Shown in pieces: positions 28,966 through 39,039 of a stretch of 64,000 nt of DNA. The position numbers and the translations under genes are program-made. Where the stretch lies: NCBI GenBank assembly GCA_965208675.1, contig OZ242351.1, positions 2,732,633 to 2,796,632 on the forward strand, written 5' to 3'. Every line of letters begins with the position of its first letter. The first letter of the stretch is position 1. Source of the DNA: Candidatus Poribacteria bacterium (GTDB lineage Bacteria; Poribacteria; WGA-4E; PCPOR2b). The notes beneath the pieces are model-generated. The model saw nothing but the letters and a program-made list of their open reading frames with translations, searched no databases and was not told where the DNA came from.

Positions 28966-30354
28966 CTATTCATAAATTCGCCATGCCCCGTCCTCCTTTC
29001 GCATCTTAACAACGTTTTCTACGCTCTCCGGCAACTCTGGCATCTCGTCCAGTAGTTCCGCCCGTAGTTCTTCCGGCGTATCCCGCATCAGCGGTTCTAT
29101 CAGTGCTCCAAATTGTGGTAAAGTTGTTCTCACTCGAAAATGGAATTCATCGCCAACATATTCGCTGCTTACAACCTCGGACCCGCCAAGCACCGGGCCG
29201 AACGTCAACTCAATCATCTGCTTGAGCTCTGGATTTTCCTCCATAAAATCTTTCATGTCCGGCAAAACACTTTCCAGCTCTTCTTTAGCAGCCCCTGTCA
29301 ATAACGGGAGCATTGCCTAAAAGTCTAAATTCTTGGATGCCTCGATATAGGCGTTCATTACCTCTTCAGCGGATTGTTCCGTGTCTTCAACAACCGCATC
29401 GGTACTGATTGAGACATGCTGATCGAAGTCTTGCTGATGTGCGGCTTCTGCGTGTTGTGTTTTGTCCGATTGTGCGTCCGCTTCATCGAGTTGAGCGAAG
29501 AAGTTTTCAATTTGCTGCATCTCCTCTGCAGAGATTTGTGGTTTGTCTTCAGGCACAGGCGCGACGACTGCGCTTTTACGAGCGGCGTCCGTTTGAGCGG
29601 CGGAGGTTTCAGCCTCAGTTGGCGTTGAAGCAACAATCTCTACCGTTGGAGTCGAATCTTCTTTCGACGAAATGAACTGGCGTGTCCCGATGAAGGCGAG
29701 TGCGATGATGGCAACTGCCCCGGCGGTGATTTTGGGAACGGTTCCAACTTTCATGACCGTTAATCCTCCTGAGTAGATTTGTTTGAGTGTCAACGCGGGA
29801 AAGGCGAATACACCAGTGAGTAGATGGCTCAACCGCTTGGCGAGTTTCTGCTTGGCACGCGAAAGCCGAAACGAAATCGCCTTGTATGACAACCCATGCG
29901 TCCGAATCAGTTCGTCGTAGCTGGCGCCTTCAAGAAAGTAGGAGTGAGCGATGTCCCTATCTTTTTGCGGCAGCGATTCCATGGCACGTCGAATTAGTTC
30001 TCTCTGCTCGTCGCGAATCAAGCTTTCGTCAGCAGACTCTGACAACTGAACTGCCCGCTCATCCACTTCATCAATAGATACGGTGTCCAACCGCTGTTCG
30101 CGTAACCAGTTTAAGGCTCGATTTCGCGCAATTTTTGCCAGCCAACTCTTGAGTTTGGTCTGCTCCTCATACTGCGCTAAGGCGCAGTAGGCGTTGAGAA
30201 AGGTGTCTTGCACAATCTCTTCGGCGTCGTTGGGATTGTTCACGATTCCGATTACAACCGCATAAACGAAGGCATAATGCGCCCGCATCAATTCAGTGAA
30301 TGCACCTTCGTCTCCCGCTTGGGCGCGAGAAATGAGCGTATCGTCGTTCCTCAC
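28966..30354 (-). pseudogene. Subfamily-A ECF sigma-TM-module paralog interrupted by one in-frame TAG (29314-29316); may be expressed as two products
   Basis: ORFs 29317-30354 (sigma + TM + linker, ends ...KNLDF*) and 28966-29313 (AMLPLLTGAAKEE...VKMRKEDGAWRIYE) are in the same frame. Paralogs read DFEAM at this position, consistent with GAG to TAG. Confidence 0.6.
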
Positions 30355-30430
30355 CGTAATTCATTCCCTTCCATCTACGCTATACAGAACACAGCTTTTG
30401 AGATTTTTCTAGCACTTTTTGGGTATTTAA

Positions 30431-30474
30431 CTGTCTGAATCAGGATTTACCGGATTAAGGGATTCTCAGGATAA
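30431..30474 (-). promoter_or_regulatory. Conserved promoter core upstream of the 28966-30354 paralog
   Basis: TTATCCTGAGAATCCCTTAATCCGGTAAATCCTGATTCAGACAG plus the conserved leader. Confidence 0.5.
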
Positions 30475-30491
30475 CAAAATACACGCGGGTT

Positions 30492-30527
30492 GAAAATAAA
30501 AAAGGCGAATGGGTTGAACCATTCGCC
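30492..30527 (-). terminator. Intrinsic terminator (same hairpin family) after the WD40 gene
   Basis: GGCGAATGGttcaacCCATTCGCC + TTTTTTATTTTC on the minus strand. Confidence 0.6.
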
Positions 30528-30557
30528 TGGTGAAGTGTTGAGGAATTCGGTTGCGGG

Positions 30558-32441
30558 TCATCGAGAGACATCCCATAAAAGCACTGTTCCGTCGTAACTT
30601 CCACTCCCCAGCGTGCTCCCATCCGGGTTGAATGCCAGGGTACTAATGTACGACGTATGCCCCTTCAAGCTTCGTCGCTGCGTCTCCGTCTTGGCATCCC
30701 ACAGAAGGATGATTGCGTCGGCATCCCCACTCGCAAGCGTTCGTCCATTCGGGCTAAACTCTACCGCGGTAACATCTGCCGAGTGACCGTTTAGCGTTCT
30801 ACGGTGCGTCCCCGTGGCAGCATTCCAAAGCTGGACGGAATGGTCGCCGCTCCCACTGGCTATCTTGTTTCCGTCTGAGCTAAAGGCGACGCTCGTGATG
30901 TCCGCGGTATGACCCTTTAGTGTTCGGCGGTGCGCGCCCGTGGCGACATCCCAAAGTCGGATGGTTGCGTCGGTGCACCCGCTTGCCAACGTCGCGCCGT
31001 CTGGGCTGAACGCAAGCGTCGAGCGAGCCGGCCTGTAAACGCGAGGAACGGTGTCCGACGCCTCCCAGTGCAGGTTATGCAGTTGCGCACCCGTCTCGGC
31101 ATTCCACAGGCGGATAGTTGTTTCGCCGTTCCAACTTGCTACCGCTGAGCCATCCGGGCTGAACGCTATGCTGTGGTCTACGCCGTCATCGTTTCGTAAT
31201 GTCCGCAGATATGCACCTGTCTTTACATTCCAAAGGCAGACGGAATGATGCCCATTTCCACCTGCTAACGTTAGCCCATCCGGGCTAAATGCTATGCTAT
31301 GGGCCTCTGATAAATACCGGTCCAGTGACCGCTTGTGCTCGCCTGTCACAGCATCCCATAAACGAATGGGATTCAACCGGCTCGCACTTGCCAACGCCGC
31401 ACCGTTCGGGTTGAACGCTATGCTAATGACGGGTTTTATATGTCCATCCAGCGTCCCTAAGTGCGTATCCGTCACCGGATTCCACAGGCGAATTGTCCCG
31501 TCGTCACTCCCGCTTACCAACGTTGCACTATCCGGGCTGAAGACGACATGAGTGACCCAACCCGTATGTCCTTCTAGCTCCCGCAGCCGTGTTCCTGCCG
31601 CGACATTCCACAATCCGATGGTCGTGCCAGGCCCACCACTTGCCAAGATACTGCCATCCGGGCTGAACGCGACGCTCGAGACCATAGGTATGCGTTCTTC
31701 CAGTTGCCAAAGGTGTACTCCGGTCTTAGCGTTCCAAAGTCGGATGCTATCGCCCCAACCGCCGCTTGCCAGTACGCTGCCATCTGGGCTGAACGCGACC
31801 GCGGTGGCATACTCCGTGTGACCTTCCAGAGTTCGTACAGGTACGCCTGTCTCCACATCCCACAGACGAATAGTCTTGTCATAACTTGCGCCTGCCAACG
31901 TCGAGAAATCCGGGCTGAACGCGGCGGTACCAACGGAATATGTATCTCCCTGCGGAGTACGCAGTTCCAGTGACCGCGTATGTGTTTTAGTCTCGACATC
32001 CCACAGATGAACGGTCGTCTGCGACACACCTGCTAGTGTGCTGCCATCCGGGCTGAAAACCACGTTCAAGGTGCCCTCTGATTTTGCCTCCAGTGTATGT
32101 AGGTGTAAACCCGTCACGGCATCCCACAGACGAACGGTATTGTCCGAACTTCCACTCGCTAGCATGCTGCCATCCGGGCTGAACACTACGCTCGCCACAA
32201 TTCCCGAATGTCCGGTGAGCAGAGCTATCTCTTGATGGGTCGTTGTATCGTAGAGCCAGATACCGATTCCGCTGCCGACTGCAAGCCGAGCGCCATCGGG
32301 GGAATACTGTATTTGACCTATCGCCCCCTTTCCGATCCGCGCTACAACCCCTTCAGGCAAACCCCACTGCGAGGCATCTTGCGAAAAGGCGTTGCACAAG
32401 GTCAAGGAGAACAGTATATGCAAGGATAAAACTGTTTTCAT
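30558..32441 (-). CDS. Secreted WD40 beta-propeller repeat protein (~14 WD repeats)
   Basis: Signal peptide, then reiterated [HS]xxxVxSVAFSPDGxxLASGSxDxTIRLWD units throughout. Confidence 0.9.
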   Translation of the reverse strand: MKTVLSLHILFSLTLCNAFSQDASQWGLPEGVVARIGKGAIGQIQYSPDGARLAVGSGIGIWLYDTTTHQEIALLTGHSGIVASVVFSPDGSMLASGSSDNTVRLWDAVTGLHLHTLEAKSEGTLNVVFSPDGSTLAGVSQTTVHLWDVETKTHTRSLELRTPQGDTYSVGTAAFSPDFSTLAGASYDKTIRLWDVETGVPVRTLEGHTEYATAVAFSPDGSVLASGGWGDSIRLWNAKTGVHLWQLEERIPMVSSVAFSPDGSILASGGPGTTIGLWNVAAGTRLRELEGHTGWVTHVVFSPDSATLVSGSDDGTIRLWNPVTDTHLGTLDGHIKPVISIAFNPNGAALASASRLNPIRLWDAVTGEHKRSLDRYLSEAHSIAFSPDGLTLAGGNGHHSVCLWNVKTGAYLRTLRNDDGVDHSIAFSPDGSAVASWNGETTIRLWNAETGAQLHNLHWEASDTVPRVYRPARSTLAFSPDGATLASGCTDATIRLWDVATGAHRRTLKGHTADITSVAFSSDGNKIASGSGDHSVQLWNAATGTHRRTLNGHSADVTAVEFSPNGRTLASGDADAIILLWDAKTETQRRSLKGHTSYISTLAFNPDGSTLGSGSYDGTVLLWDVSR

Positions 32442-32681
32442 TTGAAGACTCCTTTACAACTAAAATCATTGCAATCAACGTTACAGAAAAAACCAATCGC
32501 AACATTTCGTCAATTCTACTACGAGTAGAACATGCTATTGGTGGGGTCAATCGTTTTCTTACCGCAAAAGAATTGTTGCGAACATGGAAGATGGATTCAA
32601 CAATCAAGTCATAGAGGCATGTTACGGCTTACACAATTTTCGACTGCACTTCAGACCATGGTTCTACAAGCCCGCTAACAA

Positions 32682-34895
32682 TTACTGATAATCAATGTCA
32701 TAAATTCGCCATTCATCAGCCTCTTTTCGCATCTTATAAGTCATATCCGGAATTTCCAGGTGGTCGGGCATCTCCGACAGTTCCATCCCCTCCGGCATTT
32801 CTATCCCTTGTAGTTCGGGCATTTCCGATACGTCCGGCATCTCTATTTTCGGTATCGGTATTCTCAATTTGAAATGAAATTCATTGCCGACAAATTCACT
32901 GCTTACAACCGTTAACTGACTGTATATTGAGCGCAAGCCTGCTTGCACCATGGGATTGTTCATAGAATCCTCCATCATCTGAACCGTGCCGTCCGGCATG
33001 GAATCTATAAGCTCTTCTGGAAACTCACCGCTAAACACGTCCATGGTACTTTTTACCTCTTCTAGGGCGGTGCCTGACAAATACGGGAGCATCGTATCAA
33101 GGTCAAGATTTTTATGTGCCTCTACAAAGGCGTTCATCACCTCTTCGGCGGATACGCCTGCGCTATCAACGCTTAATCGTGCATCCGATTCTTCAGAAGA
33201 GAGCAGAGAAGCGCCGCCAACGATGACGGTGTCGCGTTTCTCTGGCGAGAATACATTCGCTGCCAGGTGCTGCATATCTACATCGGTTACACGCTGGATG
33301 GCATCGCGCAGATCCCCGCCATTTAGTTTCAGTTGATACCGGCGGCCAATGCTGAACGCTAATCCGTACGGATTTTGCGCCCACATGGCATCCGGTACAT
33401 CAACTGTGCCCATCATTGCCATTGAGTTTATCGTTAGCTGTTTGTCCGCCGGCGTGAGTTTCGGCGTCAATGCCGTGTTTAGGCGTTGGTCGAGTTGATC
33501 GAGCGCTGACTCAATGTCCGCCTCAATTTGCACGTCGGTCTGGAGCACAAGCGTGGTGCCATCGTCCAATGGTGTAAAGTACACAGGCGGTGTTTTGCCC
33601 GGCTGAAATGCAGCCTGCGCGCCTGCCCACAAACGTGAGACAACTATCAGGAACGGCGCGTATTCCTTGCTCCCGGGTCGGGGTGCAGCATATCCAATCG
33701 CTGCGACGCCGGTCGTAACGTCGTTCACAGGTTCCGCGGTGATGAAGCGAATTGCCCCGGTCTTCGCTGCAGGCTTGGGCGGCTTTGCAGGCGGAGGCAT
33801 ACCGGACGGAATCAGGCTGAAGTTTTGGTCAATCAAATGCCGCGCTTCGGCAACGTCAAACCCGCCTGCGATGACAAGAACGGCGTTGTTCGGCTTGTAG
33901 TAATCCTGCCATAACTGCTGCAGTTCACCGAGAGTCATTGTCTCAATGTGCTCGGGCGCACCGCCGACCCGTCCGCTTTCGGGGATGGGGTGCACCTGAG
34001 CTCGCACACGGTTTATGCCGACCAGCGACGGCACGCCGCTGTACATGTTACTCAATTCTGTCATCACGCGAGGCACCTCGCGGATTAGATCAGCTAAGGT
34101 GATTTGCAAATCGTTCATGCGCGCAGCCGCATCCTTCAACTCCAACGCGAATTGCCCTGCTTCGACGACACCTGCAAAAACAGTGTAGTCGAACCCTGTT
34201 TGCGCGTTCCAGCCTGCAACATAGCGTTCTTGAAGCTTCATGGCGTCGCGCGCTGGGGTGTCACCGGCTGCAGCGGTGCAATACAGGTGTTCAAGCAGGT
34301 GTGCTCTGCCGGACTTTCCGATCGGGTCGTGGTCTCCGCCCAAATTGAACAGCACTACAACCGCCACTTGGCTTGACGTGGGAACAGGACGTAGAATGAC
34401 TGTCAGCCCATTGTCCAGTTTGTACGGGGTTGGTATCTCAGAATTCGAAATTGTAGCGGCGGCGTTCATCGAACTCGGTTGACCGGGCGAATTGCCGACA
34501 ACCCCCGTTCCGGGCTCACCGGCAACCGTCGGCGGTTTGGAGGCATCAGCAACGAGTTCAACCGGAATCTCTCCAATCATTGTCATCTGGATATCGCTGG
34601 GGTACGGTGAACTGGCCAGATCGCCGCGCGCAGCGGCTGGACGGAGCAATTGACTGAAAAACATAAAGGTAAGCACAATCCCGACTGCTGCTGAACCGAT
34701 GAACGCAGGCAACGGCTTTGTTGAAATTGGTTGCACTTTGGTTGACTTAATAGCTTCCACGATTCGGAACGTAAAGCCTGACTGTAATTTTCTCTCTGTA
34801 AATGTGGTGTCTATCATTGCAATTGACTCCTCCTTCAGTTTGGTTCTGGCTCGCATCAGCCAGTCGTTGACGGTATTGACGGAACGCTCAAACAC
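32682..34895 (-). CDS. Subfamily-B paralog lacking most of the sigma domain: region-4 remnant + TM + M16 peptidase domain + KMRK..WRIY module
   Basis: About 75% aa identity to 25987-28728 from SVNTVN..LMRARTKLKEE onward. HLLEH is intact. C-terminus ...YKMRKEADEWRIYDIDYQ. The ORF starts inside the sigma region-4 helix. Confidence 0.65.
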   Translation of the reverse strand: MFERSVNTVNDWLMRARTKLKEESIAMIDTTFTERKLQSGFTFRIVEAIKSTKVQPISTKPLPAFIGSAAVGIVLTFMFFSQLLRPAAARGDLASSPYPSDIQMTMIGEIPVELVADASKPPTVAGEPGTGVVGNSPGQPSSMNAAATISNSEIPTPYKLDNGLTVILRPVPTSSQVAVVVLFNLGGDHDPIGKSGRAHLLEHLYCTAAAGDTPARDAMKLQERYVAGWNAQTGFDYTVFAGVVEAGQFALELKDAAARMNDLQITLADLIREVPRVMTELSNMYSGVPSLVGINRVRAQVHPIPESGRVGGAPEHIETMTLGELQQLWQDYYKPNNAVLVIAGGFDVAEARHLIDQNFSLIPSGMPPPAKPPKPAAKTGAIRFITAEPVNDVTTGVAAIGYAAPRPGSKEYAPFLIVVSRLWAGAQAAFQPGKTPPVYFTPLDDGTTLVLQTDVQIEADIESALDQLDQRLNTALTPKLTPADKQLTINSMAMMGTVDVPDAMWAQNPYGLAFSIGRRYQLKLNGGDLRDAIQRVTDVDMQHLAANVFSPEKRDTVIVGGASLLSSEESDARLSVDSAGVSAEEVMNAFVEAHKNLDLDTMLPYLSGTALEEVKSTMDVFSGEFPEELIDSMPDGTVQMMEDSMNNPMVQAGLRSIYSQLTVVSSEFVGNEFHFKLRIPIPKIEMPDVSEMPELQGIEMPEGMELSEMPDHLEIPDMTYKMRKEADEWRIYDIDYQ

Positions 34896-35205
34896 TGCGC
34901 AATCTCTTTAGTAAATAGCCCCCTAGTATTTAACCCTTTGCTACGGGTAGAGAGATTCTGATACACTTAAAAAACATTACGTGCGCGGCATCCTCATCAT
35001 TAATTAAGTTACTCAGCTTTGCGTAAGCGAGAGCGTAGACGCTCGACTTGTATTTATCAAAGAGCAAGGCAAATGCCGCCGATTCTCTATTAAGGCATTT
35101 TCCGATGATGTATCCATCTTCCGTGTACACGCTGCTGCTCCTCTCACTGAACGACTTCATTTTGTAAGACAATGCAAAAGACTGAAAAATTACAAGGGTG
35201 GACAA
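34896..35205 (-). pseudogene. Disrupted N-terminal (sigma region 2) remnant of the 32682-34895 paralog
   Basis: ORF 34930-35205 translates MKSFSERSSSVYTEDGYIIGKCLNRESAAFALLFDKYKSSVYALAYAKL, which matches the N-terminus of the 25987-28728 paralog. About 300 bp covering sigma regions 2.3 to 4 are missing or garbled before the frame resumes at 34895. Confidence 0.6.
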
Positions 35206-35253
35206 TTTCTGGGCGGAAAGAGAGGATAATTATTGAGGTGAATCTGTTGCCAA

Positions 35254-35297
35254 ACTGTCTGAATCCGTATTTACTGGAATAAAGGATTCTTAGGATA
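35254..35297 (-). promoter_or_regulatory. Conserved promoter core (slightly diverged) upstream of the disrupted 32682-35205 paralog
   Basis: TTATCCTAAGAATCCTTTATTCCAGTAAATACGGATTCAGACAG. Confidence 0.45.
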
Positions 35298-35314
35298 ACA
35301 GATTTGTCGCGGGT

Positions 35315-35350
35315 TGGAAATAAAAAAGGCGAATGGGTTGAACCATTCGC
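35315..35350 (-). terminator. Intrinsic terminator (same hairpin family) after the 35427-36308 gene
   Basis: GGCGAATGGttcaacCCATTCGCC + TTTTTTATTTCC on the minus strand. Confidence 0.6.
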
Positions 35351-35426
35351 CTGGTGTATCGGGGCAAGGAAACTCCTCATACCAATGTCTACAGTACTCA
35401 TCCGACAGTTAATCGGTACTATGGAA

Positions 35427-36308
35427 TTATTCAGGGGAAGCCGAGTCGAAAGTGAAGCGCGTCTTCTGTGTATTTAGGGTCCCCTGGCGTTCGAGAAACT
35501 CGGCTAAAGGTTTAATATCTTCAATTGCGGTTTCTAAATTTTCAATCTCCTTGGCATGTTTTTCAGGGGAATGGTCTTTTAGCATCTGCTTTTTTAATTC
35601 GAGAAACCGAATAATCTCTGGAATCGTGCCTTCTTTCTCACGAGAAAGACGAAAAAAGAGTTCCTCCCATTCTTTTGTGAGAGGGTGTCCATGAAACGCG
35701 AGCGCGCTGAATGAGACAAGTTCCGCCCTTGCAGCTTTCGGGTCCGTCTGGAGCAGTTCATGAAATGCATGCAAATGCTCTTGCCCGACCTTGGTGTCCA
35801 AGATCGCCCCTGTTTTTGACGGCTCCTTCTGTTCATCCTGTTCCCGCGTTTCAAGAGTTGGCTCTGAACGTTCCCACATTTTTTTCAACTCATCGTAGTG
35901 TTCCAGCATTTTGCGGTGGTGTTGTATCTGTCTGGCAAACTCCCGGGCATTGATGTGTGTCAACATTCGGATTTCCAATTCGGACACCCGTTTGAGATCC
36001 GAAAGATGTTCAGTACCTTCTCGGCTAAGGCGAAAGTAGAGGGGCACCCATTCTTCAGCGAGTGCGTGTCCGCCAAACATTTTTTTTGCAACGTTTTGGA
36101 GTTCTGAGCGGGCTGCTGCAGGGTCGGTGGGCAGGCGTTTCTTAAATGTGTCGAGGTGCTCTGTCCAAAGTGTGCAGTCTATACGATACGGTTGAGAACG
36201 TGCAGGCCTCAGGTGTGGGGGTTCTGTGGGTTCACCTGAATGACCAAAAGAAAGAGATCCAATGCTGCAAAAAGTTAAGTAAAGCAAGCAAGTGATTATA
36301 TACCTCAT
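35427..36308 (-). CDS. Secreted hypothetical protein with an internal ~100-aa tandem duplication
   Basis: Signal peptide. Two repeats sharing TDPxAARxEL...GHxLxxEWxxLxFRLSRE... Confidence 0.55.
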   Translation of the reverse strand: MRYIITCLLYLTFCSIGSLSFGHSGEPTEPPHLRPARSQPYRIDCTLWTEHLDTFKKRLPTDPAAARSELQNVAKKMFGGHALAEEWVPLYFRLSREGTEHLSDLKRVSELEIRMLTHINAREFARQIQHHRKMLEHYDELKKMWERSEPTLETREQDEQKEPSKTGAILDTKVGQEHLHAFHELLQTDPKAARAELVSFSALAFHGHPLTKEWEELFFRLSREKEGTIPEIIRFLELKKQMLKDHSPEKHAKEIENLETAIEDIKPLAEFLERQGTLNTQKTRFTFDSASPE

Positions 36309-36478
36309 GATTCACTCCTTTTGAGGAAGGTGTTTTGCTCTCAGTATAACGGTGACGAAAGTAGTGTAGGTACGATAGGTTTGAACTTTCTGATACTGTC
36401 GGATAGAGTTGCGAGCTAGTCTAATGTTTCACTGTCATAAATTCGCCACACGCCATTCTCTTTTCGCATCTTGATAAT

Positions 36479-36919
36479 CTAATTCGAGGCGGTCACTTTT
36501 GAGATTGCCATTCCTGATATCTCCGGCATCTCGGGCGGCGGTCCGCCCATTTTGAAGTGGAATTCATCCCCAACATATTTGCTACTCACAACTCCTAACC
36601 GACTAAAATACTCAAGTACAGTTTGTTCAACCATCTGACGCATCTCAGCCGGCATTTCCGGTACAATTTCCGGATCCATGAGCGGGAAGCCCATTACCGC
36701 AGCCTTTTCAAACTCCTCTTTGGCAGTCCCTGTCATTAGCGAACCCATCGCCTCAAAGTCCATATTCTTAAACGCCTTCACGAAAGTATTCATCACATCT
36801 TCAGCAGATTGAGACGTGCTCCCTGACGGCATTTCCACATCTTTTTTCTCCGATACACTCAATGAACAGCCGTTAACAAACAAAGGCAAACAGACAAGGC
36901 TCACAATCAAAAATCGCAT
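36479..36919 (-). CDS. Stand-alone lipoprotein carrying the family's periplasmic module (no sigma, no TM), ending at an in-frame TAG
   Basis: Start MRFLIVSLVCLPLFVNGC (lipobox) with GGAG RBS. Contains FKNMDFEAMGSLMTGTAKEE and VSSKYVGDEFHFKM. The TAG at 36479-36481 is followed in frame by IIKMRKENGVWRIYDSETLD* up to about 36413. Confidence 0.6.
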   Translation of the reverse strand: MRFLIVSLVCLPLFVNGCSLSVSEKKDVEMPSGSTSQSAEDVMNTFVKAFKNMDFEAMGSLMTGTAKEEFEKAAVMGFPLMDPEIVPEMPAEMRQMVEQTVLEYFSRLGVVSSKYVGDEFHFKMGGPPPEMPEISGMAISKVTASN

Positions 36920-37136
36920 TTTCTCTCCTTTGTGGTAGTAGCGATTGGTAGACAAACCGTGTATGGCATTAGCGACAGGTTGCTTATCGCGGGAAGCTAG
37001 GAATGATTTGAGCATGCATCCACGTACATGTAATGACATTGACTACAACAAATTTTTGACCGCCACTCAGAAAAATGAAGTTGTCGTGAGGAGGCAAGAG
37101 TTCAGCCACAAGCCGATTATTCACCATCGGCTGCGT

Positions 37137-38639
37137 TCAATCGGATACTGATTCGCGCGAGTCCAATATCTCACTCTCATAAACCCGCCACGCGCCATTC
37201 CCTTTCCGCATCTTGAAAAGTGTATTTGGCACAATGACGTCTGAGATTTCTATCCATGTAATCTCCGACTTATCCGGCGCTGGTCCTCCCAATACAAAGT
37301 GAAATTCATCGCCGACATATTCGTTACGCACCACATCTAGCTGACTGAGAGATTTCAGCCACACGTTTCGCATCTTCCGCTCAAATGCCCCACTTCTTAT
37401 CTCTTGTTCAATACTCCGCATCTGCTGTTCAGCCATCTGACGCATCTCAACCGGCAAATCCGACAAATCTTTTAGCCTATCTAGCAGTTTAGCTAGTTCA
37501 GCCGGGTCTAGGATTGGGAAGTTGCCTGTCGCCGCCATGGCCCACTCTCCTTTGATGCGTCCTGTGGATAGAGAGTGTACCGCTTCAAAGTCAAGATTCT
37601 GAAACCCTTTCACATAAGCGTTCATCACTTCTTCTGCGGATAAGTCCGTGTCTTCTGCTACAACAGGTGAATCGGTGTCGCCTAATTCGGAATCCTGATT
37701 AGATGCTTCATCTGTTGCTAGTTGTGGCGAATCTGCCTCCGATTGTGCGTCTGCACCCTCAAGTTGAGCGAAGAAGTCCTCAATCTGCCCCATCTCCTCC
37801 GCTGAAATTTGCGGCTTACCCTCACGCGAGGGTGCGGCGAACGTACCTTTACGCGTGGCGTCCGTTTGTGAGGCTAGGTTTGCAGACTCAGTTGATGTTA
37901 CAATCTCGACCGTAGGGGAGTTATCCTCTTTCGACGATATGAACTGGCGTGTCCCGATGAAAGCGAGTACAATGATGGCTACCGCACCGGCAGTGATTTT
38001 GGCAACTGTTCCAACTTTCATGACCGTTAATCCTCCTGAATAGAAATTTTTGAGTGAGGTTATCGGAGAAACGAACACACCGCTGAGCAGATGCTCCAAC
38101 CGTTTGGCAAGTTTCTGTTTGGCGCGCGAAAGTCGAACCGAAATCGCTTTGTAAGACAGTCCGTGCGTACTCATTAGTTCGTCATAGTCCGCACCGTCAA
38201 GGTAATAAGAGTGAACAATCTCCCGCTCTTTTGGAGAAAGCGTTCCAAGTGCGCGTCGAATCAGCTCCCTCTGTTCACTGAGAATCAACTGTTCGTCTGG
38301 CAATTCTTGCGTCTTGACGGTGGATTTACCGATTTCATCAAACAGGCTTAATTCGTCTATAGGAACAGTATCAATCCGTTGTTTTCTCAGCCAACTTCGT
38401 GCGCGATTTCGAGCAATCTCTGCGAGCCAAGTTTTGAATTTTGACCTCTCCTCATACTGCGCCAAACCACGGTAGACGTTGAGAAAGGTGTCCTGGACAA
38501 TCTCTTCGGCGTCTTGGGGGTTGTTCACCATATCGATGACGATTGCATAAACGAAAGAGTGATATGCCCGTATCAGATCGACAAATGCACCTTCATCCCC
38601 AGCTCGCGCGCGACAAATGAGTGCGCTGTCATTATCCAC
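37137..38639 (-). CDS. ECF sigma-TM-periplasmic module fusion protein (subfamily A paralog)
   Basis: 500 aa. GTG start. Sigma regions 2 and 4, TM (KITAGAVAIIVLAFIGT), PQISAEEMGQIEDFF, C-terminus ...NEYVGDEFHFVL...FKMRKGNGAWRVYESEILD... Confidence 0.8.
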   Translation of the reverse strand: MDNDSALICRARAGDEGAFVDLIRAYHSFVYAIVIDMVNNPQDAEEIVQDTFLNVYRGLAQYEERSKFKTWLAEIARNRARSWLRKQRIDTVPIDELSLFDEIGKSTVKTQELPDEQLILSEQRELIRRALGTLSPKEREIVHSYYLDGADYDELMSTHGLSYKAISVRLSRAKQKLAKRLEHLLSGVFVSPITSLKNFYSGGLTVMKVGTVAKITAGAVAIIVLAFIGTRQFISSKEDNSPTVEIVTSTESANLASQTDATRKGTFAAPSREGKPQISAEEMGQIEDFFAQLEGADAQSEADSPQLATDEASNQDSELGDTDSPVVAEDTDLSAEEVMNAYVKGFQNLDFEAVHSLSTGRIKGEWAMAATGNFPILDPAELAKLLDRLKDLSDLPVEMRQMAEQQMRSIEQEIRSGAFERKMRNVWLKSLSQLDVVRNEYVGDEFHFVLGGPAPDKSEITWIEISDVIVPNTLFKMRKGNGAWRVYESEILDSRESVSD

Positions 38640-38714
38640 TGTGCTTCGTTCCTCTCTTGTACCTTAACCAAAACGCCGTTCTGCGATTTTTTCTACTACT
38701 TTTTTGGGTATTTT

Positions 38715-38749
38715 CTGTCTGAATCAGGATTTACTGGAGTAAGGATTTA
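38715..38749 (-). promoter_or_regulatory. Partial promoter core upstream of the 37137-38639 paralog, split from its upstream half by a ~140-bp insertion
   Basis: TAAATCCTTACTCCAGTAAATCCTGATTCAGACAG. The matching upstream half (...ATCCTGAAAAG and the hairpin remnant) lies at 38896-38960. Confidence 0.4.
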
Positions 38750-39039
38750 CACAGCTGAACACCCAAAGGTTCGTAGTAGGACAATTTAATGCCCGTTTTT
38801 ACTTAAAAATATGTCAGGTCAAGGGTGTGAAGGACATACCGGACGCGCAATAAATTACGCTACTACAAGCTGAACTGCCTATGTCCTAGGAATACAGGCT
38901 TTTCAGGATAAAAAAATTTTCACGGGTTGAAAATGAAACAGGCGAATGGGTAAAAATAATTGCCTAGCGAGGGGCTGGGGTGAGAGACGTTGGTTGTTTA
39001 ACTTTTCATCCGATAGATGCGCCATTCCCCGTCTACTTT

